IMG/VR virus record: IMGVR_UViG_3300032132_000748
DNA from: a virus
Lineage: Duplodnaviria; Caudoviricetes
DNA length: 64,000 bases
Strand: one strand, 5' to 3'
Shown here: piece by piece, positions 1 through 10,515 of the stretch
Position numbering within the stretch: the first letter of the stretch is position 1
Layout: each line of letters starts with the position of its first letter
Translations under genes and position numbers: made by a program
Notes under the pieces: generated by a model
Database searches by the model: none
Told to the model about the DNA's origin: nothing
What the model saw: only the letters and a program-made list of their open reading frames with translations

Positions 1-617
<617 letters not shown>

Positions 618-668
618 TTACTTATAAAATAGGCGATTAGTAGTATTGGCGCAAGCTTTAGACATCAA

Positions 669-1412
669 TTAAATAAGTTCTTTGCTCTTCAAAACTCTCA
701 TTATTTTAGCCACACTTTCTTTGACCGTCTCTTCGTCCGTCCTGCAGATAAGATCCGGTGTTTCGGGTTTCTCATAGGGATCGTCTACCCCCGTGAAACC
801 TTTAATCTCTCCCGCATAAGCTTTTGCATACATACCTTTAACATCACGTTTTGCACAAACTTCAACTGGTGCATCTACAAAGACTTCAATATGATTATTA
901 ACACAACTCTTAACGAAAGCTCTTGCCTTTCTGTATGGTGATACAAAGGAGCATATAGTAATAGCTTTTTGGGATAAATATGAAGATATTCTAGTTATTC
1001 TTTGAATATTTTCATTCCTGTCTTCTGCGGTGAACCCAAGGCTCCAGTTAGGTAGCTTTCTAACCACATCTCCGTCTAAATACTCAACTCGTTTAAGTTG
1101 TTTCTCTAGCTGACTCTTAAGCTCTACCGCAATAGTGGTCTTACCAGAACATGGTAAACCTGTAAGCCATACTGTACAGCCTTCTTTTTCCTCTAGATTT
1201 CTTCCAAATTTTATTTTCTTCCAAACTGATTCATGGAAGTAATAAACGATAGATTTAAATACACCATCACCTAACGCGGCTAAGGATAATAATCCTACGG
1301 CTATGGCTGCCTCTTTAGTTACTATCATAAGAGTAATTAAAGTAATAAAAACAGCAATGACTCTCCAAGATACTGTTTTGGCGATGGTTCTAGTTTCTGT
1401 GTCTTTTATCAT
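669..1412 (-). CDS. cysC: Adenylyl-sulfate (APS) kinase with N-terminal DUF2061-like membrane domain
   Basis: WLTGLPCSGKTT P-loop, LDGD, LGFTAEDRNENI, SFVSPY, RDVKGMYAKA..GEIKGFTGVDDPYE; N-term KTVSWR...YYFHE..W. Confidence 0.93.
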   Translation of the reverse strand: MIKDTETRTIAKTVSWRVIAVFITLITLMIVTKEAAIAVGLLSLAALGDGVFKSIVYYFHESVWKKIKFGRNLEEKEGCTVWLTGLPCSGKTTIAVELKSQLEKQLKRVEYLDGDVVRKLPNWSLGFTAEDRNENIQRITRISSYLSQKAITICSFVSPYRKARAFVKSCVNNHIEVFVDAPVEVCAKRDVKGMYAKAYAGEIKGFTGVDDPYEKPETPDLICRTDEETVKESVAKIMRVLKSKELI

Positions 1413-1832
1413 TTATTTACCTGAAAATTTTTCTTCCAATTGTTTTTCAACGCCGGGCATAACTACATCACGCCATCCGTCCTCTCCTGCTCGAATTTGA
1501 CGGCGTATTTCTGTAGCACTTATTCTTTTAATATGCTCTGGAGCAGCGCCCTCGTGACATACAACAGCATATCCAACACCTCTTCCATAGTTTATGGAAG
1601 CTATGTCTGGGATAATCTGAAGAGCCACAAGTCCTGCATCGATCTCATCTTTAAAGGCCGCCCCCAGCATAGATTCGACCTCTGCTGCAGTGAAGGGGTT
1701 ATTTTCATCAGTAGGTACGTCCCGTATCATAATCAACACTGGTTCGTCTTTATCCAGGTGCTGATCAATAATAAATCTGTGGCCTTTGTGGGGACTCTGC
1801 CATCTCCCGATATACGCGTTATACTTTGTCAT
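1413..1832 (-). CDS. HIGH-superfamily (cytidylyltransferase-like) nucleotidyltransferase
   Basis: IGRWQSPHKGH and ISATEIR motifs; abuts cysC; GGAGG RBS. Confidence 0.85.
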   Translation of the reverse strand: MTKYNAYIGRWQSPHKGHRFIIDQHLDKDEPVLIMIRDVPTDENNPFTAAEVESMLGAAFKDEIDAGLVALQIIPDIASINYGRGVGYAVVCHEGAAPEHIKRISATEIRRQIRAGEDGWRDVVMPGVEKQLEEKFSGK

Positions 1833-1904
1833 AATTCCTCCCTACTAGTGTAAAATAGAAAATTTAGATTCACAGGTCTAAACACAAATTGTTATAATTA
1901 GGCT

Positions 1905-2384
1905 ATGAGTTACGAGAAATTAGAGCAGCAGGGAAGGGGCAGCCGAGAAGCTGTAAAATTCTTGCCTAAAAATATGCAAGATGACTTGGTTTCCCGTCAA
2001 GGTGAAACTGAAGTAGAAAAATACCCGATGGAATCCGTCAGTCCTTCAACAGAATCTAACTGGAAAGAAGGAGCTAAACTAAAGAAAAAGGCTATCCACT
2101 CTACTGATCTAACACATCAGGACTTAATGTCTCGTCTAAGATCAGCTCAAATAACTGCTGTTCAGGGTGACATAACAAGTGAATTTGGAGACGCAGCCAC
2201 TAACGCAATCTACGCTAAAGCAGGTGTTGCTGCTATAAGCTCATTGATAACAGGAAAGCCTCCTGCCCAACAAGAACAAGAACGCCAACAACAAGCTGAA
2301 GCTAAGAAAAAACAAGTTCCCATGATGCTTATCGGTGGCGGTCTTATTTTAGTTTTACTTTCTTATATACTATTTATTAAGTAA
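1905..2384 (+). CDS. Hypothetical protein with C-terminal transmembrane anchor
   Basis: C-terminal hydrophobic helix; TG-TATAAT 6 nt before ATG. Confidence 0.75.
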   Translation: MSYEKLEQQGRGSREAVKFLPKNMQDDLVSRQGETEVEKYPMESVSPSTESNWKEGAKLKKKAIHSTDLTHQDLMSRLRSAQITAVQGDITSEFGDAATNAIYAKAGVAAISSLITGKPPAQQEQERQQQAEAKKKQVPMMLIGGGLILVLLSYILFIK

Positions 2385-2441
2385 ACCACCATTGCTACTT
2401 AAACTCTAAATGATACCCTCTATTCTTCGGAGGGTATTTTT

Positions 2442-3191
2442 ATGGCCTATCGCACTTTGGAACAAGAAAACTCATTCGCTAGATCGGGAGATTTTGCAGT
2501 AGGTGACGGGACGGCGTCTTTGTATTACGACACGGCATCTTCACACGCCGCAGGAGCAATAACTATTAGTGGTGGTTGTGGGGCTGGTAGTGGTTCTGGT
2601 GGGGCAGTCTCTATAACTGCAGGCCAGTCAAGCTACTCAAGCTACTCTCGCGGAGCAAGAGCAATCACGCCCCTTACGCGGCTCTATCAACCTATTTACG
2701 ATAAGCAGGAAGTTTCTTCTGAAAGTTGGGCGCGATCCAATGTAAGAAAAATTGAGTTCTTTCAAAATCCAGTAATTAAGTCTTGGAAAGAAGAGGTTCA
2801 GGTTCGTGGTTCGAACGGACGATTTGCAAATAAAAAGATTCTTTCTCATCCCCAGCAAAGAACTTATGCAGATACTAATATGGAACATTCTGGTTATTTG
2901 GATCAAAGTTACAGAGTGACTGGCCTAGGCTTAATGACCCCCTCTTCTGCCAAAAAAGCTAATGTTTTGGATTTTGCTGAAAAATCATTTCTGTGTTTTG
3001 GTGTAGCAGGAAAAGAATACCTTCGACTTCCGGTTGTTATGCTCTTATCGGAAGCTGGCCCAGCTTACACCTTTGTAGACGCTATAGATATAAACCCTTC
3101 GGAACAATTTCAAGTGTACATAGAATCGAAGGGACTTAACTTATCAAGCCCCTTCGATATTCGATGCGTTTTAAGCGGTTACTACGATTAG
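2442..3191 (+). CDS. Divergent paralogue of the putative capsid proteins with Gly-rich N-terminal extension
   Basis: RLYQPIYD...FFQ.P...T.ADTNM..SG.L motif order matches 11577/12249 proteins. Confidence 0.7.
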   Translation: MAYRTLEQENSFARSGDFAVGDGTASLYYDTASSHAAGAITISGGCGAGSGSGGAVSITAGQSSYSSYSRGARAITPLTRLYQPIYDKQEVSSESWARSNVRKIEFFQNPVIKSWKEEVQVRGSNGRFANKKILSHPQQRTYADTNMEHSGYLDQSYRVTGLGLMTPSSAKKANVLDFAEKSFLCFGVAGKEYLRLPVVMLLSEAGPAYTFVDAIDINPSEQFQVYIESKGLNLSSPFDIRCVLSGYYD

Positions 3192-5059
3192 AACTCGTAG
3201 CCGATAACGTCAGCAGAGAATATACCTGTATTTCCAGCCATTCCAGTAACACCAAGTGTTAGGGTGGCACCTGCAGTTCCTACAACAGCTTTAGCACTTG
3301 AACTGAAGGTCCATAGATCATCTGCTGCTGTGACTCCTGTTGTTACTGTAGGAGCAAACACGTTACTTGTAGGTGCTGCACCGAATCCGGCAGCCGCAGT
3401 TGTGGCTGTTGTAATACCATCTGCGGTTGTTAGACGCAAGACAACTTCTGTAATTACTGCACTGGTTCCGCCAGGAACGTTATAGAGGAATATTTGAGTA
3501 GCTCCTAGGACTGCGTCGATATCGTCAACAGTTGCTAGGACTCCAACACCACCGGCAGCACCGATTCCTGTTACTCCTTGATCACCAGTAATACCAGTTG
3601 CTCCAGTTGCGGCTGGCGCACCCAGAATACCTGTTAATCCTTGGATACCAGTATCACCGTCAACGCCAGTTGTACCACTCATTCCAGTAATACCTTCGAA
3701 TCCAGTATTACCTTGGACACCGGTATCACCCATCATTCCGCCAGGACCTTGAATACCTGTCGCGCCAAGAATGGCAACTCCAGTATCACCTTGTTCGCCT
3801 TGAATACCCGTATCACCAACTACGCCGGTGACGCCGTCAGCACCAAGACCTGTATCACCTTGGACACCCGCACCAGTATTACCAGTTAATCCTAGGATAC
3901 CTGTATCACCTTGGGTTCCAACAACACCTGTGTCACCTTGAACGCCAACACCTGTATCACCAGTTAATCCGATAATACCTGTATCTCCTTGTGTTCCTTG
4001 TAGCCCCGCAACACCAGTATCACCTTGAATACCAACAACACCAGTATCACCTTGTGTTCCTTGTAGCCCTGCAACACCAGTATCTCCCTGAGCGCCTACA
4101 ACGCCGGTATCGCCTTGTGTTCCTTGAATGCCTTGAAGTCCAGTTACGCCTTGGGTTCCTACGCCTGTATCACCAGTCACACCGATAATACCAGTATCAC
4201 CAACTAAACCAGTAATACCTTGAGAGCCGGGAGCACCTGATGAACCTGGGGTTCCTTCAAGACCAGTTGTTCCTTCGAGACCAGTAACACCTTGACCACC
4301 GTCTACGCCGGTGCAACCTTTAATACCCGTATCACCTTGAGGGCCAGCTAATCCGGTTGTTCCTTGTGAACCGCCACCGCCGCCACTACCAAAAGGTTGG
4401 TTACCGCTAACGCTAATAGATCCACTTGTTCCTGTGGACTCAACAAGTCCTACAGGAACACTTACTGAACCGGCACTGCTGGTGGGATTAATCATACCAG
4501 GGGTGTCTGATAGGAAAGCTGTCTCACCAATGGTCATTGTTCCTACGTCAATTACAACAGATCCGCTGATAACACAGCTACCACACTCACCATCGTCTAG
4601 AGCTTCTTCGAGGATTCCAAAAGCTAACGCAGTAGGGGAGGCCGCAGCGCTGGCTAGATCGACAGTGGCGAGCTGTTGTGCTGTGTCATAGCCGGTGTTA
4701 TAGACAACACTACCTTTAGGTAGTGTGCTTCCAGTGCTGTTTAAGACTTTAATGCATTTATAGTCGCAAAGGAAGGCGTTTGATAGTTCGAATGAGTTAT
4801 TTAACTCTTCGTCAGTATCAAAATATACAATTGTTCCTCGTCCGGTTTTGTACCCCGGAACGGTTGTATCCGCAGGGAGGATTTTAATATAACTTAAATT
4901 TCCTATAGCTCCTACTGCGGTTACTGTTCCAGTCCCTGATCCTAAAGAACCGAGACTCGCGGCAGCGACTTTTCCAGTCCTACCTTGTTGTTTAAGCGTA
5001 ATACCTACGTATGAAGATACTACTCTCACTACATCGTTTACTGAAAAGTTTATGGCCAT
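3188..5059 (-). CDS. Collagen-like fibre/spike protein (N-terminal cement-like beta domain, G-X-T triple-helix region, C-terminal globular domain)
   Basis: ~270 aa of GDT/GXQ triplets; N-terminal domain similar to 54220..55017 (shared FLSDTPG.I). Confidence 0.85.
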   Translation of the reverse strand: MAINFSVNDVVRVVSSYVGITLKQQGRTGKVAAASLGSLGSGTGTVTAVGAIGNLSYIKILPADTTVPGYKTGRGTIVYFDTDEELNNSFELSNAFLCDYKCIKVLNSTGSTLPKGSVVYNTGYDTAQQLATVDLASAAASPTALAFGILEEALDDGECGSCVISGSVVIDVGTMTIGETAFLSDTPGMINPTSSAGSVSVPVGLVESTGTSGSISVSGNQPFGSGGGGGSQGTTGLAGPQGDTGIKGCTGVDGGQGVTGLEGTTGLEGTPGSSGAPGSQGITGLVGDTGIIGVTGDTGVGTQGVTGLQGIQGTQGDTGVVGAQGDTGVAGLQGTQGDTGVVGIQGDTGVAGLQGTQGDTGIIGLTGDTGVGVQGDTGVVGTQGDTGILGLTGNTGAGVQGDTGLGADGVTGVVGDTGIQGEQGDTGVAILGATGIQGPGGMMGDTGVQGNTGFEGITGMSGTTGVDGDTGIQGLTGILGAPAATGATGITGDQGVTGIGAAGGVGVLATVDDIDAVLGATQIFLYNVPGGTSAVITEVVLRLTTADGITTATTAAAGFGAAPTSNVFAPTVTTGVTAADDLWTFSSSAKAVVGTAGATLTLGVTGMAGNTGIFSADVIGYEF

Positions 5060-5151
5060 CTAAAGATCCTCTTTTCCCATTATACAAAATAACGGACCTC
5101 TTATACTATTTTTATACTTGTATTGATGGCTTTTTAAGGCACTCTAGTAAG

Positions 5152-5769
5152 GTGTCCGATAAAAAACCGTGGTTCATCAAGAGATGGTTACTTCAAGGGA
5201 TAGCAGTTGCCCTACCCGTCGTCATAACTGCTATTATTCTATACTATTCAGTTATATATGCTGATGCTTTTCTTTGGTTTTGTTGGGATTTGCTCCCCTG
5301 GGACTTACTTCCTTGGGAAGTGTCTAAGCCCTATTTTCCTGGTGTTGGTTTACTGGTAGTAACCAGCGGATTAATTGTCCTCGGATTTTTAACCGAATCT
5401 TGGCTTATCAATAAGGGTATAAATATATTTAACAATATCATGTCCAGACTGCCATTTATTAGAAATATCTACTCTACCGCATTAAAGGTTGTGCAAAGCA
5501 CAGTAGGAAACATGGACAACTTTTCTAGTGTAGTTCTTATAGAATTTCCGATGAAGGGTGTGTATTCCGTGGCTTTTAAAACTAGCGATAGTTCACAAGT
5601 GGTTAAGAACGCCACAGGGAAAAATTTAGTCAATATTTTTCTTCCTACAACACCCAGCCCGGCAAGCGGCTTCTATTTAATGATCCCAGAAGAGCAAATT
5701 ATTGAAACAGATATTACTACAGAAGAAGCTTTTAAGCTGATAATATCTGCAGGAATTGTTCAAAAATAA
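5152..5769 (+). CDS. DUF502 family membrane protein (start uncertain; GTG 5152 preferred over 5011)
   Basis: LP..IT TM helix, RLPFIRNIYST, VVLIEFP..G, IFLPTTPSPASGF, EEAFKLIISAG. Confidence 0.88.
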   Translation: MSDKKPWFIKRWLLQGIAVALPVVITAIILYYSVIYADAFLWFCWDLLPWDLLPWEVSKPYFPGVGLLVVTSGLIVLGFLTESWLINKGINIFNNIMSRLPFIRNIYSTALKVVQSTVGNMDNFSSVVLIEFPMKGVYSVAFKTSDSSQVVKNATGKNLVNIFLPTTPSPASGFYLMIPEEQIIETDITTEEAFKLIISAGIVQK

Positions 5770-6600
5770 TTATAGGGTGCGGTGAATTTTAATAGGGTCA
5801 TTGGATATGTAAGTATAGCATTCTGGTCCAATAACCTTTAGATCAACACTGGCGTAAGCTACATGGGCTCTCTTTGACCAATATTTGATTTCTTCCAGAT
5901 CTTTAACTCGATCAGCCATCCATTCTGCTCGACGGGCAGGATCTGTATGGAAGAGAATCTCTCCGTCATCTTTAGCCATAAAATACCTATTAAGTTTAAG
6001 TAGAGGGTTATACTTTGTTAAAGGCTTCACTCTGACTAGCGGATCCATAATACAAGCCACACCACCAGGGTTTAGCTTACTAAGCAAACAATCTAAATAT
6101 TTTTTATACCTAGCTTCATTCTTCTTCTTATCTCCTGGCTGAGTTGTATAATCAAACTCACAGTCGTCAATAATGATGTCGTATTTATATGGTGTTTCTA
6201 TTAAAAACTTTATACCGTCTCCAACTTTTAATTTAACTCGTGGATCGTTAAAAGAATCATTTGTGAGCTGTCTCATCACTGGATGAGTCTTTGTTAGATT
6301 AACTAATACTGGATCTAACTCAACATTTGTTAATTCTTTAACTATGTTCTTATGTCTTAGAAATTCTCTGGCAGCCAACCCGTCCCCACCACCAATTACT
6401 AGTATTCTTCTGGGGGTTTTTGCCAGCATTAACGGGTATTTTGCCATATATTGATGAGAAATATAACATTCTTTAGTATGAAACTGCAATATATTATTCA
6501 GAGCGAGCCAGTGATGCCTACCATTTTGATATAAATCAATTGTTTGGTAAGGAGACTTGCCTTTATAAAGCGCTACGTTTTTTCCTCTGGGTATCCACAT
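5770..6600 (-). CDS. speE: Spermidine synthase-like aminopropyltransferase
   Basis: KSPYQ, ILVIGGGDG, VELDP, F.DPRV...GDG, YDIIIDD; start placed at MWIPRG (6600) to avoid overlap. Confidence 0.8.
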   Translation of the reverse strand: MWIPRGKNVALYKGKSPYQTIDLYQNGRHHWLALNNILQFHTKECYISHQYMAKYPLMLAKTPRRILVIGGGDGLAAREFLRHKNIVKELTNVELDPVLVNLTKTHPVMRQLTNDSFNDPRVKLKVGDGIKFLIETPYKYDIIIDDCEFDYTTQPGDKKKNEARYKKYLDCLLSKLNPGGVACIMDPLVRVKPLTKYNPLLKLNRYFMAKDDGEILFHTDPARRAEWMADRVKDLEEIKYWSKRAHVAYASVDLKVIGPECYTYISNDPIKIHRTL

Positions 6601-6602
6601 AA

Positions 6603-7325
6603 TTAGAAAAATGCACAGCAAAGTAAATAGCGAACACCACCTGTCGTTGGTAATCCTATATGCTCGTGCGAGACCCCTCCTGGCCACATTGCAGCTTGCC
6701 CTGGTTTGGCAGGCTGCATTCTAAACTTCCATCGAGGGAAATAGGTCCCACCTCCGGCATAATCAGTATTTAGATATACAACCATAGCAACAGTCTCTAA
6801 ATCATAATGTAAGTTCATTTTATTTACTTTATCTGGCTCGTATTTTAGTAGATAGGGTTGATCATACCTCTCAACACTAAAAGATTTCCATAATTTATCT
6901 ATCAGAGGAGCCACATGTTTTTTATTTGTTTCTTGTATTGTCTTAGTGAGAGATTTCGTTTTTGTGCTAGGGAAGCTTTTGAGAGACAGCGTTGTGTCTT
7001 TTTCATTTTCGACTCTGCTACTTTCTAGAAGTTTTGAATCAATCTTCATCATTCCGAGACCAGATTCGTTATCCACTCCGGTTTCCCAGCCTCCTTGAAA
7101 CTCTGCTTCTTCTATTAGTTTTCTACAAAATTCAGGGGTGAATAGTTCAAATGTATATATTTGTTCAGCCGCCTCCACTACTTTGGCTTTTCTTGCCTGG
7201 GCTGATTTCACTAAGTGTTTTTCACTGTATTGATAGATATCCGGATGTAGTACTTTCGGGGCAGCGAGCTTTTCCTGCTGACCAAACCAATAATCGCCTA
7301 ATCCATATAAGTTTCCCGGTCTCAT
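6603..7325 (-). CDS. 2OG-Fe(II) oxygenase, PLOD/lysyl-hydroxylase-like catalytic domain
   Basis: YTFELFTPEFCRKLIEEAE...W, HYD, GGGTYF, PGGVSHEHIGLPTTGGVRY. Confidence 0.85.
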   Translation of the reverse strand: MRPGNLYGLGDYWFGQQEKLAAPKVLHPDIYQYSEKHLVKSAQARKAKVVEAAEQIYTFELFTPEFCRKLIEEAEFQGGWETGVDNESGLGMMKIDSKLLESSRVENEKDTTLSLKSFPSTKTKSLTKTIQETNKKHVAPLIDKLWKSFSVERYDQPYLLKYEPDKVNKMNLHYDLETVAMVVYLNTDYAGGGTYFPRWKFRMQPAKPGQAAMWPGGVSHEHIGLPTTGGVRYLLCCAFF

Positions 7326-7361
7326 ATCGCTATTTTAACATTCCAAACGACGGAAATCAAA

Positions 7362-8123
7362 TTATCTAGCATGTTGAGGCTCACCTTCTTCCCAAACTGA
7401 AACGGAATCTCCGTTTAAGACCTTATCATAGATAGCGTGGAGTATTAGATACCGCCTACCTTTGGTTATTTTTTTTCCACGATGAAGGTGGCTTAGACCT
7501 CCAGGGTAAAGTAGTATAACTCCGGGCTTGGCGTGAACCGTTACGTTGAATTTAGGAAAATGTGTTCCGCCTCCGACAAACTCATCATTTAAACCTAATA
7601 TACAGGCTAAGGGCTCCCCGTCGTAGTGATCATCCATCTTTTCCTGCCCGTCTTTTCCTGCTACATACCTTAATATGTAGACCTCATCATGATGGGTAGG
7701 GCTAAAGGTTGGAAACAATTTACTTGCGCAGGGGAAGACGTATTTCTTAATTGCATCGGAATATTTTTTCTGGAGTTCTGACATAAAATCTAAGGATAAA
7801 GTCATACCTACGCTTTCACCGCCACCTTTAGAAGCATTACCCCAAGTTCCATATTTTTCGGACACCCTAACTAAGGCATCGCACCACTCTTTATCGAAAA
7901 GCTTAACTGCATAGATTTGGCATGTTTTTGGTCCCATCTCCTTGGCGCGATGCTTTTTAGCATCAGGGTGTATATGATTCTCAATATCTAAAAGAATTTT
8001 CACGTCGGGATCTGAAAAGTCTCCCAAAGCTTTGGGAGACTTTTTTCGAAATTTTTTCCACGTCATATATGCGATTATTGCAGATAAAAACCCAATTCCG
8101 AATTTAATGTGAGGATTATTCAT
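7362..8123 (-). CDS. 2OG-Fe(II) oxygenase, PLOD-like, with N-terminal membrane anchor
   Basis: Paralogue of previous gene: HYD, GGGTHF, PGGLSHLHRG.....GRRY; N-terminal TM helix. Confidence 0.85.
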   Translation of the reverse strand: MNNPHIKFGIGFLSAIIAYMTWKKFRKKSPKALGDFSDPDVKILLDIENHIHPDAKKHRAKEMGPKTCQIYAVKLFDKEWCDALVRVSEKYGTWGNASKGGGESVGMTLSLDFMSELQKKYSDAIKKYVFPCASKLFPTFSPTHHDEVYILRYVAGKDGQEKMDDHYDGEPLACILGLNDEFVGGGTHFPKFNVTVHAKPGVILLYPGGLSHLHRGKKITKGRRYLILHAIYDKVLNGDSVSVWEEGEPQHAR

Positions 8124-8164
8124 TAATATAATTGTAACAAAAGCCCAGATGTTATAATTGATAT

Positions 8165-8701
8165 ATGAAAAAAGTTCTCCTAACCCTAGTGATATGCATG
8201 CCTCTTATGAGTGTCGGTTGCGCATCTTTTAAAGAAGACGTCGGACAATACGTCACGGAAGCTGTTCGTGACAAGGTTGTTGCTGATGTGGATAGCCTGC
8301 TAGAACGGAGAGGACTAAGTCGGCAAGAAATAGAACAAGTTATTGATGAAAATGGAGATGGTCAGATTGACCGTGCAGAAATTCTTGAAACAACCAAAGC
8401 CGCGACCCGCGATGCTGTTCTTTTACAAGCTAGAACTTTAGTAGATCAGCAAATTGCTGAACAAAGAGAAGGGTTTGTGGATAATGGAGATCTTAAGTCT
8501 AAGTTAAATGAGTTTTGGTTGTGGATCTTAGGTTTAGTTTCTGCTTATCTAACAAAACAAATTTATTCTGCGAAGCAGGATGGTAAGCGTGACCAGCGTA
8601 TAGCAGTCATTGAAAAACTGCTAAACAAAGATATAGATGGTGATGGTATCATCGGTGCTCCACCTTCTGATGTAGAACCAGAAATAGTTGCCGAGACTTA
8701 G
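8165..8701 (+). CDS. Putative lipoprotein with EF-hand-like loops and a TM helix
   Basis: MKK-hydrophobic-SVGC lipobox; DENGDGQIDRAE and DIDGDGIIG Ca-binding-type loops. Confidence 0.7.
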   Translation: MKKVLLTLVICMPLMSVGCASFKEDVGQYVTEAVRDKVVADVDSLLERRGLSRQEIEQVIDENGDGQIDRAEILETTKAATRDAVLLQARTLVDQQIAEQREGFVDNGDLKSKLNEFWLWILGLVSAYLTKQIYSAKQDGKRDQRIAVIEKLLNKDIDGDGIIGAPPSDVEPEIVAET

Positions 8702-8766
8702 AGCAGTTAAAGCTTCTCTTGATCCTCGCTCTTACATTATGTTCTTATATTTGCTATAATTGAGAT

Positions 8767-9015
8767 GTGGGGATACTCCTACAACTTTTGAATAGTCTTT
8801 TGTCTATTATTTTTAGCCTCCTAGCTATAACTTTGCTCGGCTTGTTTTGCGTGCTATTTTCAATCTATCCCCTATCTGTTATGCTTTTCATGTTCTTTTC
8901 CTATGCCACCTACGTTGGCTATAAGGAGGATATGCGAAAGAGAAAGAAACAGGCTTCAAAATATAGAAATCTTGCAAAGTTCCGTCGCGATGATACAGTC
9001 TCTGAAACGGAGTAA
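8767..9015 (+). CDS. Small membrane protein
   Basis: Long hydrophobic N-terminus and basic tail; TG-TATAAT 6 nt before GTG. Confidence 0.6.
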   Translation: MGILLQLLNSLLSIIFSLLAITLLGLFCVLFSIYPLSVMLFMFFSYATYVGYKEDMRKRKKQASKYRNLAKFRRDDTVSETE

Positions 9016-9018
9016 GTT

Positions 9019-10515
9019 ATGGGTAGCTATAATGTTGCCTGTTCTGTAAGTAATTTAAGCATTAGTTCTGGAACAGAAGTAGCCTTTTTTCTTTTATTGC
9101 CAAATTGTCGTCCATGGGGGTATAGTCGCTCTCTCGGTAAGGATCAATTCGACCATCAGGATGATAGAAGTCTTGAAAAAATACATCGGGTGGGTATTCA
9201 TACTCACTTAATGTATTCTAACTGCTATTTCAACCCTCTGGCATTACCTATATTTGCTGAATATAACGATTACGGTGGTCTTGAGTGTATTGAAGAAGAC
9301 GCAAACACTCGGGCCTTGGAAAAGTTCTTTGGGCTCTCAATAGAAAAAATTGTAGAAATAGTTTGCTGCCATAGAGAAGTTACCTGCACCCTTAGTGCCG
9401 CCCATAAGATATTAGGTATAAGTGGAGAGAAAGAGTTTGATTTCAGCGGGAAATTTGATGGGAAATACCTAGAGAGCTTTGGTTTTAAAAAACAGCTAAA
9501 CGGTAGGTATGCACTTATCAAGAAGGACCACACTGAGGTTTATAAAACTTGGCAAATTGAACTTACGGAGCCGAAAGAAAAAGAAAAAGGCCACCCCTAT
9601 ATGGATCATGGCTTTCGTCTCTATAAGACTGGAATTCCTGCGGGAGAAGAACTCTTAGCAGAATGTGATGGTCGTGATGCTAGAAAGCAACTTCAGAAGT
9701 TTTACTTACGTCATGTAGGCTACTATTTGAATGTTCCAGAGGATATGCAAGATAGATTCAAGGTTCTCTGTAAACTTTCCGGTATGTTTGTTATTAAAGA
9801 CGTTTATGACGACCTGGCTCGTTACGTTCCGACGGATTCTTGGTCAGAAGTAACGGTTGCTGATTCGAGACCCTCAGAGAGCATTCTCAAGGAACTTAAT
9901 TTTGAGCTTATTTCTGAGGACCCAAACCCTAAAGAGAGGTACAACAAACGTTGGCATAGAAAAGGTAATGATAAACTAGCTTTAATTACTGACGACTCTG
10001 GTTATTCCTATGTGGAAATAGTAAAAACCGGAGACCGACAAAGGGCCGGGGCACTTAAACGGATTAAGAAGACTTGGGAAGAACTAAGTTCTCAAACTGT
10101 GGATATTTCAAAATATGAAACAATCCCCTTGCATGGTCAAAAATTTGAAGACTTTTCCAAAAAGGTAAATGCCTACGATTCAAAAACTAGTCAAGAAAAG
10201 TTTGATATGTTATTGCTATCAGGGCCTTTCTCAACTTGGGGTGCTGAAAGCTACGATACTTTTTATGTTTATTATAAAGATTGGTCCTTTTTTGAAAAAC
10301 TATATAGAAATCAAATCAAAGAGTGTAATCAGGAAATAAAGCAAAAGTTTATTAATCAATATAGGTTTGAACATATGATGTATGGATGCAACAAATTTTA
10401 CTTCCCTGCGATGAATGGTCCTCAATGCGGAGAGCCTGAAGAAGAAACGTATCTATTAAAATCATCTCTGAAGTTCCTAGAAAAGCAAAAATTAGAAAGA
10501 GAAGAATGGGATTGA
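9019..10515 (+). CDS. Hypothetical protein
   Basis: 498-aa ORF with GGAG RBS. Confidence 0.8.
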   Translation: MGSYNVACSVSNLSISSGTEVAFFLLLPNCRPWGYSRSLGKDQFDHQDDRSLEKIHRVGIHTHLMYSNCYFNPLALPIFAEYNDYGGLECIEEDANTRALEKFFGLSIEKIVEIVCCHREVTCTLSAAHKILGISGEKEFDFSGKFDGKYLESFGFKKQLNGRYALIKKDHTEVYKTWQIELTEPKEKEKGHPYMDHGFRLYKTGIPAGEELLAECDGRDARKQLQKFYLRHVGYYLNVPEDMQDRFKVLCKLSGMFVIKDVYDDLARYVPTDSWSEVTVADSRPSESILKELNFELISEDPNPKERYNKRWHRKGNDKLALITDDSGYSYVEIVKTGDRQRAGALKRIKKTWEELSSQTVDISKYETIPLHGQKFEDFSKKVNAYDSKTSQEKFDMLLLSGPFSTWGAESYDTFYVYYKDWSFFEKLYRNQIKECNQEIKQKFINQYRFEHMMYGCNKFYFPAMNGPQCGEPEEETYLLKSSLKFLEKQKLEREEWD

